Shown: one piece after another, positions 39,704-47,645 of the stretch
Layout: each line of letters begins with the position of its first letter
How positions within the stretch are numbered: the first letter of the stretch is position 1
Assembly (NCBI GenBank): GCA_964450945.1
Contig: CAYVHI010000003.1
Coordinates: 2,191-66,190, forward strand
Origin: an uncultured Rickettsiales bacterium
GTDB lineage: Bacteria > Pseudomonadota > Alphaproteobacteria > Rickettsiales > JABDBP01
Direction: 5' to 3'
DNA length: 64,000 nucleotides
The notes under the pieces: model-generated
Databases searched by the model: none
The model's input: the letters and a program-made list of their open reading frames with translations, nothing else
What the model was told of the DNA's origin: nothing
Position numbers and translations under genes: made by a program

Positions 39704-40315
39704 TTATTGAGGCCCCATCATGCATGGAAGAGGAGGGCCTTTCCCATCACCTTTCTTCCACTTACCATCACATTTCTTGCCTTCGAGATATTTATTGAAG
39801 ACTTTTACTGCACGTTCAGCATCCTGAGGATCCTGCAGGGCAGGGTTGGTGATTTGTGATTGTTCGCTGGCATGCTGAACTATATTAGCAGCAACAGAGC
39901 AGCCAAAGGTTTTGTGATTAAGGTTATATGGGTTAAAATGATTATCAACGTAGCGGCTGTCACAATCACGCGCAACTACACGCTCATAAACCAGAACAAC
40001 GTTGTTAGCACCAATCTTAGAAACCATTTTAAATGGAACGCCAAATTGGTTGAGGACTGATTTTACTTCATTGCAGGTATAGCTGTTATCAGTGCAGGTA
40101 AGTTCCGCCCTTGTTGGCTGATCACGGTTTATCCAGCCAGAAACATCACCAATAACAGAAGCGTTGCCGAGACCGAAAGATACGCGCTCAGCTGAAGCAT
40201 CAATAAGGTTGTTAGGATTGCCACGGGTAACATAAGCTTCTTTCTTAAGACGCTCACCACATGCGGAAACTAAAAGAGCAATAACAAGTGCAGATATGAT
40301 TGTAAGTTTTTTCAT
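39704..40315 (-). CDS. cpaD: CpaD-like pilus assembly lipoprotein
   Basis: Start set at 'MKKLTIISALVIALLVSAC' (lipobox), 1 nt after the secretin stop. 'GCSVAANIV......I.NPA.L..P.DA.RA..V...Y..G' resembles CpaD. Confidence 0.6.
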   Translation of the reverse strand: MKKLTIISALVIALLVSACGERLKKEAYVTRGNPNNLIDASAERVSFGLGNASVIGDVSGWINRDQPTRAELTCTDNSYTCNEVKSVLNQFGVPFKMVSKIGANNVVLVYERVVARDCDSRYVDNHFNPYNLNHKTFGCSVAANIVQHASEQSQITNPALQDPQDAERAVKVFNKYLEGKKCDGKWKKGDGKGPPLPCMMGPQ

Positions 40316-40316
40316 G

Positions 40317-41642
40317 TTAATCCACCATATATCCAAAGGTTCCTTCAATTGCAGATTCGCCACCAGGAAGCTGGGACTGTATGCCCCTTCTTCCAGACAT
40401 AGCACCCAGTGAGCCGAGGAAAATATTTTCCAGGTTGCTAGGTGTGCGGTATTCATCAGTAGGCATCTTGATATCCTGCGATTTAACAGGATCAACAAGG
40501 TAAGGAGTTACAGAAATAACCAGCTCTGTCTCATCACGCTCAATGCTTGAGCCACGGAGAATCGAGCCAAGAATAGGGATATTGGAAAGCGGGGTTGCAC
40601 CGCCGGATTCAACATTTATGTTATCTTTCATGAGTCCTGCAATCATGAAGCTTTCGCCTGGTGCAAGCTCAACCGTTGTTTTTGCCTTGCGCGATGAAAT
40701 GCCCGGAACAGAAAAACCAGCAGTTACAACAGCGCCTTTTTCAGAAAGCTGAGAAACTTCAGATTCAACAGTTAGGCGGATGCGGTTCTTGGAAAGAACA
40801 ATTGGAGTGAACTCTAGGCCAACACCATAATTCTTATAATTAACCGCAAGACCTTCACGTGATTGCATAGGAACAGGAATCTGGCCGCCGGAAAGGAAAT
40901 TTGCGGTTTCACCGGAGATAGCTGTCAAATTTGGTTCGGCAAGAACTTTGAACAGGCCATCTTTTTCAAGGGAAGCAAGACCAACAGCGCCATATTTTTT
41001 CAGTGCAGTGCGCTGAACTTCGCCAACACGGACACGCAGCATTACCTGCTGTGAATTCCTTATCTGCATCATGTTTAGGATTTCTTCACGGCTGCCGTGG
41101 CCACGCACATGTTGTTCGACAATATGCATTATACGGCCAGCAATTTCAGCATCAGAAACCATGCCGCTTACAGCAAGGCTTTTGTTTCCGGTTCTTTTTA
41201 TCCCGACAGTTTCGTTAGGGAAATATGTTTTTATTGTATTTTCTATATCAGAATATTCACCACGGTAACCGGTTTGTGTAACAATTTTCTTTTTCTTTTG
41301 TTTAGGTTTTTTCTTAACAGGTGCTTTTGGTGGTTCAGGGGCAAAAGCAGGTTCAGGAGGTGCTACAGCGATTGCAACTGGGGCAGGCGGAGGTGAGGGG
41401 GGAGCTTCAGCCGCCATTGGCATAACCGGGGCAACAACAGGAGCAGGAGGCATTTCTGAGCCAATAGGAGCAACAGGCATTGCCATCATTGGTGTGGGTG
41501 GAGCAGCAGGTGCTGCCATAGGCGCCACCTCATTATTTGTGTTAACACCTAAATTATCAGAGGTTTCCTGAGCGCGGATATTCGCAACTGAAAAAATGAA
41601 AAAGGCCGCACTTATTAAAATGTATTTTCCAACAACCTTCAT
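40317..41642 (-). CDS. cpaC: Tad/Flp-type secretin (CpaC/RcpA family) with ~100-aa Met/Pro/Ala-rich N-terminal insert
   Basis: Signal peptide and a BON-like segment. 'LAEPNLTAISGETANFLSGGQIPVP', 'YKNYGVGLEFTP', 'VPGISSRKAKTTVELAPGESFMIAGL', 'IPILG.ILR', 'ELVISVTPYLV'. Confidence 0.85.
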   Translation of the reverse strand: MKVVGKYILISAAFFIFSVANIRAQETSDNLGVNTNNEVAPMAAPAAPPTPMMAMPVAPIGSEMPPAPVVAPVMPMAAEAPPSPPPAPVAIAVAPPEPAFAPEPPKAPVKKKPKQKKKKIVTQTGYRGEYSDIENTIKTYFPNETVGIKRTGNKSLAVSGMVSDAEIAGRIMHIVEQHVRGHGSREEILNMMQIRNSQQVMLRVRVGEVQRTALKKYGAVGLASLEKDGLFKVLAEPNLTAISGETANFLSGGQIPVPMQSREGLAVNYKNYGVGLEFTPIVLSKNRIRLTVESEVSQLSEKGAVVTAGFSVPGISSRKAKTTVELAPGESFMIAGLMKDNINVESGGATPLSNIPILGSILRGSSIERDETELVISVTPYLVDPVKSQDIKMPTDEYRTPSNLENIFLGSLGAMSGRRGIQSQLPGGESAIEGTFGYMVD

Positions 41643-41890
41643 GGCACCAAACCCTTAAAAAATAGATTAATTTTTAAAAACAAATCACTGCTGCACTTAA
41701 TAAGCAGACCCTAATCGTATATTGCTGCGGCGACAAATAGTCAAGCGATATTCCCAGCCCGCTATTCATAATCATGCTTATTATACAGATAGTTGCACAA
41801 CCAACAAAAGCCCCCGTCTTTTTGGGGTAATATATTGAGATATAGGTATTTTATCTTTAATAAAAGGTTCACAAAAAATGCTGGTGGTTT

Positions 41891-41899
41891 TGCTATAAT
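41891..41899 (+). promoter_or_regulatory. Candidate extended -10 promoter element 'TGcTATAAT'
   Basis: Perfect TGnTATAAT about 118 nt upstream of the 42017 GTG. No good -35 at 17-bp spacing, which extended -10 promoters tolerate. Confidence 0.35.
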
Positions 41900-42016
41900 T
41901 TACGCTTCAAGGTATTCCAGACGCGGACAAACAACTATAACTTTCCGTGTCGGGAGTTATGGTTCCGCTGAAAAGGGACCTTGGAATCCTCGAGCCGTTA
42001 GAAAGGACGGTGGCAG

Positions 42017-42310
42017 GTGGCGAAGCTTTCGGATTTTGTCTCAATCGAGACGCAGCCGGATGGGAGCGTGAAACTCGTGCTCACCAAGAAGGCGGTGGAA
42101 GGCGACTACCAAGTGTACGGCGGGGGGGACATCACCCTCGAGCCGTGGGAACTTGACGCGAAGTCTCCTGAAATCAAGCTGGAGGCCCAAGAGTTCGAGA
42201 TCGATGTCGTGAACGACATCGGCACCTTGGTTGCCGAGGGTAAGATCAAGCTTACCCACAAGCTCGAGATCACGGAAGATCCCGAGTTCGAAGACGACGA
42301 AGACGAATAA
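42017..42310 (+). CDS. 97-aa hyper-acidic protein of unknown family, encoded with foreign (GC3-rich) codon usage
   Basis: GTG start with 'AAAGGA' ending 9 nt upstream. 26 D/E versus 9 K, no R or C. The tail is 'EDPEFEDDEDE'. All 7 Ile are ATC and 8/9 Lys are AAG. Confidence 0.6.
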   Translation: MAKLSDFVSIETQPDGSVKLVLTKKAVEGDYQVYGGGDITLEPWELDAKSPEIKLEAQEFEIDVVNDIGTLVAEGKIKLTHKLEITEDPEFEDDEDE

Positions 42311-42365
42311 GAGAATTAAAAAAAACCAAATTTATTGAAACTATTTATTTAAATTATCCGGTTTT

Positions 42366-42394
42366 CCCCCTCATGATGAGGGGGTTTTTGTTTT
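42366..42394 (+). terminator. Rho-independent terminator
   Basis: 'ccccctca-tga-tgaggggg' is an 8-bp GC-rich stem (42366-42384), followed by 'tttttgtttt'. Confidence 0.75.
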
Positions 42395-42447
42395 AAAGAC
42401 CTATAATACTAGTTGCGAAAAAAGCTGATTTTGCTTATTTTGCCCGC

Positions 42448-44004
42448 ATGACTTTTGTTGATGAAAAGATACTTATCCTCGATTTTGGTTCCCAGCTTAC
42501 CCAGCTTATCGCCCGAAGGGTGCGTGAAAATGGCGTATATTCAGAAATTAGGCCCTATAATATAAGTGATAAAGAAATAAAGGCGTTTGGCGCGAAAGCT
42601 ATAATACTTTCCGGCGGTCCAGCCAGCGTTTCCGGCCACAAAGCACCAACAGTTAATAAAAAAATATTTGAAATGGGTGTTCCCATACTTGGCATATGCT
42701 ACGGGCAACAATTGATGTGTGATCTGCTCGGCGGTAAAGTGGAAAAAGCCAAGAAAAGGGAATTCGGCCGGGCATTCGTTGATGTGAATTCTGAATCTGA
42801 ATTATTTAAAGGTGTTTGGAAAAAAGGTGAGAAGCACCAGGTGTGGATGAGCCATGGTGATAGTGTTGTGACGTTGCCAAAAGGTTTTAAAGCGGTGGCG
42901 GGAACTGAAGGTGCACCATTTGCAGTGGTTGCTGATGAAAACAGGAGATTCTATGGAATACAGTTCCATCCTGAAGTTGTTCATACACTTGAAGGAAAAG
43001 AACTCTTAAAGAATTTTACCCACCGGATTGCTGGCTGCAAAGGCAACTGGAACATGGCAGCATTCCTTAAAGAAGAAATTAAAAAGATAAAGCAGCAAGT
43101 GGGAAATAAAAAAGTTATCTGCGCGGTTTCCGGTGGGGTGGATTCATCTGTGGTGGCAGCACTTATACATAAAGCCATTGGCAACCAACTTCACTGCGTT
43201 TTTGTTGATACCGGCCTGCTGCGCCTTGATGAAGCAAAACGCGTGAAAAAGATGTTCGCTGAGAACTTTCATATAAAAATAAAACAAATAGATGCTAGTA
43301 AATTATTCCTCGGCCGCCTAAAAGGGGTGACTGACCCGGAGAAGAAGCGAAAAATTATCGGCAAAACGTTCATTGATGTTTTTGAGAAAGAAGCAAAGGC
43401 CATAAAAGGAGTGGAATTTTTAGCGCAAGGCACGCTTTACCCTGATGTTATTGAATCAGTTTCATCATTCGGCGGCCCATCTGTTACCATAAAATCGCAC
43501 CACAATGTTGGCGGCCTGCCAGCCCGCATGAAACTTAAACTTATTGAGCCGGTGCGTGAATTATTCAAAGATGAAGTGAGAAGGCTGGGATTAGAACTTG
43601 GTATGCATTTAGATATGGTGAAACGCCATCCATTCCCGGGGCCGGGGCTTGCCATCCGCATGCCGGGTGAAATAACAAAGGAAAAACTGGAAATCCTGCG
43701 CCAGGCAGATGCAATTTTCATCGAAGAGTTGCATAAAGAGGGGCTTTATGACCAGATATGGCAGGCATATGCAGCGTTATTACCGGTAAAAACCGTTGGT
43801 GTTATGGGTGACAGCCGCTCTTATGAATATATATGCATGCTCCGCGCCGTTACCTCAACCGATGGCATGACTGCAGATTTCTTTGATTTTCAACATAGTT
43901 TCCTAAGCCGCGTTAGTAACCGGATAGTCGGTGAAGTTAGAGGAATAAACAGGGTGGTTTATGATGTAACATCAAAACCGCCAGCAACAATCGAGCTGGA
44001 ATAA
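42448..44004 (+). CDS. guaA: GMP synthase (glutamine-hydrolysing)
   Basis: 'ILDFGSQ.TQLIARR.RE', 'GICYG.Q', 'SGGVDSSV', and C-terminal 'KPP.TIE.E'. Confidence 0.97.
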   Translation: MTFVDEKILILDFGSQLTQLIARRVRENGVYSEIRPYNISDKEIKAFGAKAIILSGGPASVSGHKAPTVNKKIFEMGVPILGICYGQQLMCDLLGGKVEKAKKREFGRAFVDVNSESELFKGVWKKGEKHQVWMSHGDSVVTLPKGFKAVAGTEGAPFAVVADENRRFYGIQFHPEVVHTLEGKELLKNFTHRIAGCKGNWNMAAFLKEEIKKIKQQVGNKKVICAVSGGVDSSVVAALIHKAIGNQLHCVFVDTGLLRLDEAKRVKKMFAENFHIKIKQIDASKLFLGRLKGVTDPEKKRKIIGKTFIDVFEKEAKAIKGVEFLAQGTLYPDVIESVSSFGGPSVTIKSHHNVGGLPARMKLKLIEPVRELFKDEVRRLGLELGMHLDMVKRHPFPGPGLAIRMPGEITKEKLEILRQADAIFIEELHKEGLYDQIWQAYAALLPVKTVGVMGDSRSYEYICMLRAVTSTDGMTADFFDFQHSFLSRVSNRIVGEVRGINRVVYDVTSKPPATIELE

Positions 44005-44126
44005 AACAAATCTAGCTGGCATCTTGCTTGAAGAAAAATGTGCGAATCCTCATGTACCTTCTTTGTACACTCCGGTTCTGCGCGCATTTTCTTCCGCGTA
44101 TCTGCTTAGCTAGATTTGTTTTATTC
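43999..44126 (+). repeat. Family-1 nested-hairpin intergenic repeat, copy E
   Basis: Perfect 19-bp arms 'gaataaaacaaatctagct' and 'agctagatttgttttattc'. The left arm includes the last codon and TAA of guaA. Core is 'aatcctcatgtac-cttcttt-gtacactccggtt'. Confidence 0.85.
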
Positions 44127-44311
44127 ATATTGATTATAAGCCAAAATCCTTAAGTTTCAGTTTGTTAATCATTTGTTAATCATTTTGTGAAAAAATGACG
44201 TTTAAATAGACACATAACGTCTTTCTTTATTTTTATTCATAATACTTTATGGTATCTTTAAAGAAGGGTGTATAGAAATGTCTATGCAACTCAAGAGGTT
44301 AGATTAGAAGA

Positions 44312-46273
44312 GTGAATTTGACGGGTGACAACAAGGTAAAGCCAGGCGCGGAAGGTACAACGCCTGTTCAACCCGGTATGGTGAAGCCAGCTGGTGCTCC
44401 TGCCGCTGCGGCACCTGTTTCTCCGCCATCTGCTGCTGCAACTAAACCAGCAACTACTGCGCCAAAAGCTACACCTGGAATGCCTGCTTCTCCACAAGCG
44501 GCCGTTCCGCCAAAAGCACCAACTACAACAGCTCCTGCACCAGTGCAGAACCGGCCGCCGCAGGCGCCAGCAGATCCGACTAAAAAAATAACCAGCCATA
44601 TAGGCGAAGTTATGGTGGAGAAAGGTCTTATCTCAAAAGACCAGCTGGAAATTGCACTTAAGGAGCAAAAAGAGCAGGAAGGCACCAAACGCATGATGCT
44701 TGGAAGCATACTTGTAGAAATGGGTTTCATTACGGAAAGTGCGCTTGGCGAAGTTCTGGCTGAATCTACCGGTATTGAAAAATTCGATATGAAATCTGCT
44801 GTGCTTGATCCGAAGCTGGTCAAGCAAATCCCAAAGCATGTGGCAGAAAGATATAAGATGATACCTATAACGATTATCGGGGAAAGCATACAGATTGCCA
44901 TATCAGACGTTTATAACGTGCTGGCGATTGATCAGGCGCACAAGTATTTCCCAAAAAACTTCAAGATCGTTCCCGTTTATGCCGCTGAAGCGGAAATCTC
45001 GGAACTGATAGACCATTACTATGATTATGAAATGTCGGTTGACGGCATCTTAAAAGAAATCGAAACCGGAATAGCGGAAAAGAAAGAACTAAGCGGTGAA
45101 GCAGAAGGATATATCAACCCGACTGTACGCCTTGTGGATGCTCTTCTGGTTGATGCGATAAAACAAGGAGCTTCCGATATCCACCTTGAGCCGGAAGGAG
45201 CTTTCCTGCGCTTACGCTACCGTATTGACGGGCAGATGATGCAGATAAGAAGTTTTCATAATGATTACTGGCCGGCGATAGCCGTTCGTATAAAAATCAT
45301 GTCAGGCATGAACATCGCCGAGGTAAGGAACCCGCAGGATGGACGCATTGCCTATAATGTGCTTGGCAAAGAAGTGGATTTCCGTGTTTCCACCCAGCCG
45401 ACAGTTTACGGCGAAAATATCGTTATGCGTATCCTGGATAAGAAGAAATCACTGGTGACGCTTGATAAGCTTGGGTTCTCTGAACATAACGAAAAAGTAC
45501 TAAAGAAACTTCTGAAAAGACCAGAAGGAATTATAATAGTGACTGGTCCTACCGGTAGCGGTAAGACTACAACGCTTTATTCAATCCTCAGCTATATAAA
45601 TTCGGTTGATGTTAATATCATGACACTGGAAGATCCGGTGGAATACCAGTTGCCGATGATACGCCAATCAAGCGTGCGTGAAGGCGGGATGAATTTTTCT
45701 ACAGGTATGCGCTCACTTATGAGGCAGGACCCTGATATCATATTCGTGGGTGAGGTGCGTGATGAAGACACGGCAAATATGGCACTCCGAGCTGCCATGA
45801 CCGGCCACCAGGTGTTTACTACACTGCACACCAACGATGCGATAGGCGCTATACCACGCCTGGTGGATATTGGTGTGCAGCCGAGCCTTCTTGCCGGCTC
45901 ACTCATCTGCTGCATGGCGCAAAGGCTTGCAAGAAAATTATGCTTAAGTTGCAGGAAAGAAAAAATTGCAACACCTGAAGAATGTAAAATTCTAGGTGTT
46001 GACCCTAAATCTCCACCGAAGATATATGAGCGTGTAGGATGTGATAAATGTAATGGCGGGTATAAGGGCCGAGTCGCAGTTGCAGAGATACTGCCGGTTG
46101 ACAGGGAAATGGATGAATTAATAGCCAATCGCGCAACCCGCAAGGTTATACTTAACCATGCAATTTCAAACGGGTTTGTTACTATGGTGCAAGATGGCAT
46201 CAATAAAGTTTTATTAGGGCAGACTGACCTGGAAGAACTTATCAATACCGTTGATATGACCGAACGCCTATAG
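44312..46273 (+). CDS. pilB: Type IV pilus assembly ATPase (PilB/MshE-like) with ~95-aa Pro/Ala-rich N-terminal extension
   Basis: Walker A 'GPTGSGKTTTLYS', 'EDPVE', 'GEVRD', 'TGH.VF.TLHTND', and a tetra-Cys 'CLSC...CDKC'. The GTG start is uncertain; in-frame ATG alternatives lie downstream. Confidence 0.9.
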   Translation: MNLTGDNKVKPGAEGTTPVQPGMVKPAGAPAAAAPVSPPSAAATKPATTAPKATPGMPASPQAAVPPKAPTTTAPAPVQNRPPQAPADPTKKITSHIGEVMVEKGLISKDQLEIALKEQKEQEGTKRMMLGSILVEMGFITESALGEVLAESTGIEKFDMKSAVLDPKLVKQIPKHVAERYKMIPITIIGESIQIAISDVYNVLAIDQAHKYFPKNFKIVPVYAAEAEISELIDHYYDYEMSVDGILKEIETGIAEKKELSGEAEGYINPTVRLVDALLVDAIKQGASDIHLEPEGAFLRLRYRIDGQMMQIRSFHNDYWPAIAVRIKIMSGMNIAEVRNPQDGRIAYNVLGKEVDFRVSTQPTVYGENIVMRILDKKKSLVTLDKLGFSEHNEKVLKKLLKRPEGIIIVTGPTGSGKTTTLYSILSYINSVDVNIMTLEDPVEYQLPMIRQSSVREGGMNFSTGMRSLMRQDPDIIFVGEVRDEDTANMALRAAMTGHQVFTTLHTNDAIGAIPRLVDIGVQPSLLAGSLICCMAQRLARKLCLSCRKEKIATPEECKILGVDPKSPPKIYERVGCDKCNGGYKGRVAVAEILPVDREMDELIANRATRKVILNHAISNGFVTMVQDGINKVLLGQTDLEELINTVDMTERL

Positions 46274-46283
46274 TTATAATACC

Positions 46284-46400
46284 AACAGATTTTTTGCTTA
46301 TTACTTTGCCTTAGCTACGGGCTCGGTTTGCTCATGTACTATTAAAGTACATTCCGCCACCTCGCCTTGCACTTCCTAGTACTAAACAAAAAAATCTGTT
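46284..46400 (+). repeat. Family-1 nested-hairpin intergenic repeat, copy B (between pilB and pilC)
   Basis: Arms 'aacagatttttt' and 'aaaaaatctgtt', extendable with a bulge. Core is 'gctcatgtac-tattaaa-gtacattcc...cttgcacttcctagta'. Confidence 0.75.
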
Positions 46401-46427
46401 TTAGATAATGAATTAAAAATGTTTTAA

Positions 46428-47633
46428 ATGATCAATTATAAATATTCAGCAGTAAATGATCTTGGCAGAACCATCAAAGGAACAATGGCTGCCGCAAATT
46501 CTGATGATCTTGAAGCGCGCTTAAAAGAAATAGGCCTTGATATTATTGACTACAGGGAAATAGAGGACAAGAAGACCTCTTTCTTTGCCAAGAATATTAC
46601 GGCGCGCGATTTAATAATGTTCTGTATCCACATGGAACAGCTTGATAAAGCCGGGGTTCCGCTTATGGATGCGCTGGCTGACCTTCGCGATACTTCTGAT
46701 TCTCCCAGACTGAAAGAACTGATGGCGCAGATTTATGAATCAGTAAAGGGCGGAAAAATGCTTTCAGCCGCCCTGGCAGAACACCCGCGCATATTTGGCG
46801 AGGTGTTTACAGGTCTGGTTGCTGCTGGTGAGAAAACAGGTCATATGTCTGATTCATTTGGACACCTTTCTCATCACATAAAGTGGAATGAAGATATAAG
46901 ACGTAAAGTGAAAAAATCGATACGTTATCCGATAATACTTCTGGTGATGATGGTTGCCGTTATAAGTATAATGATGCTTTTCGTTGTGCCGCAGCTTTCC
47001 AGCTTCATGCTTTCGCAAGGATTTGACCTGCCACTGCATACACGCGCGCTTATATGGACATCTGACACATTTGTGAAATACTGGTATGCCATACTTGGCA
47101 TACCGACAGTAGCTGTTGTTGTTATAATAATGATGTACAGGAGTTCCGAAGATTTTGCCTATCAGGTGGATAAGATTGCGCTCAAAACACCATTTGTCGG
47201 AAAAAATATATCCAAGATTGATCTGGCGCGGTTCTCCCAGTTCTTTTCGGTGACTTTCATGAGCGGCATAGATATCCTTGAGTGTTTGAGGACAGCCCAG
47301 AATGTGGTGGGTAACCGCATCATAAAAGAAGCAATCCAATATGTGCGCCGCAGCGTTTCTGAAGGAAACTCGCTTACTTCATCCCTTAAAGTTTCCAACC
47401 AGTTTCCAAGCCTGGTAATAAGAATGTTTAAAATCGGGGAAGAAAGCGGCGAGATGGGAAAAGCCCTAGATAACATAAACTTTTTTTATGAACGTGAGGT
47501 CAATGATTCTGTTGAATCAACAGTAGAGTTGATACAACCGGCACTAACGATTATACTGGGTGGAGTTTTATTCTGGATTACGGCGGCGGTATTTGGCCCG
47601 CTTTATGATAGTTTCACTAAGATGTCATTTTAA
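46428..47633 (+). CDS. pilC: Type IV pilus platform protein (PilC/GspF family)
   Basis: 401 aa with two GspF repeats ('F...L..L..AG.P....L', 'GE.SG.....L') and three TM segments. Confidence 0.9.
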   Translation: MINYKYSAVNDLGRTIKGTMAAANSDDLEARLKEIGLDIIDYREIEDKKTSFFAKNITARDLIMFCIHMEQLDKAGVPLMDALADLRDTSDSPRLKELMAQIYESVKGGKMLSAALAEHPRIFGEVFTGLVAAGEKTGHMSDSFGHLSHHIKWNEDIRRKVKKSIRYPIILLVMMVAVISIMMLFVVPQLSSFMLSQGFDLPLHTRALIWTSDTFVKYWYAILGIPTVAVVVIIMMYRSSEDFAYQVDKIALKTPFVGKNISKIDLARFSQFFSVTFMSGIDILECLRTAQNVVGNRIIKEAIQYVRRSVSEGNSLTSSLKVSNQFPSLVIRMFKIGEESGEMGKALDNINFFYEREVNDSVESTVELIQPALTIILGGVLFWITAAVFGPLYDSFTKMSF

Positions 47634-47645
47634 CAACAGTGTCTA

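Noticed and set aside
39704-40498. 264-aa version of the CpaD-like ORF, extending 183 nt into the secretin gene.
   Set aside because: The extension overlaps the cpaC C-terminus and has no signal features. The internal ATG gives a perfect lipoprotein signal ('LLVSAC') 1 nt after the cpaC stop.
41793-42259. Alternative ORFs in the GC-rich island: 41793-42071 (+), 41947-42156 (+) and 42041-42259 (-).
   Set aside because: These are Arg/Gly-rich translations typical of off-frame reading of GC-rich DNA. None has an SD, and all overlap the better-supported 42017-42310 frame, which has an SD and a GC3-biased codon pattern. The 'ILEPLE' / 'TLEPWE' similarity comes from the shared 11-mer, not from a second gene.
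41989-42268. Three CTCGAG (XhoI) and two AAGCTT (HindIII) sites within ~300 nt, as a sign of an engineered construct.
   Set aside because: Within the ORF these are simply Leu-Glu (CTC-GAG) and Lys-Leu (AAG-CTT) codon pairs expected with GC3-biased usage. That is insufficient to infer cloning. They were kept only as part of the compositional anomaly.
44291-44599. 102-aa Arg/Cys/Trp-rich ORF antisense to the pilB 5' region, and a 65-aa Leu/Gln/Arg-rich ORF at 44394-44591.
   Set aside because: These are off-frame or antisense readings of the GC-rich Pro/Ala-coding repeats. They have no start context.
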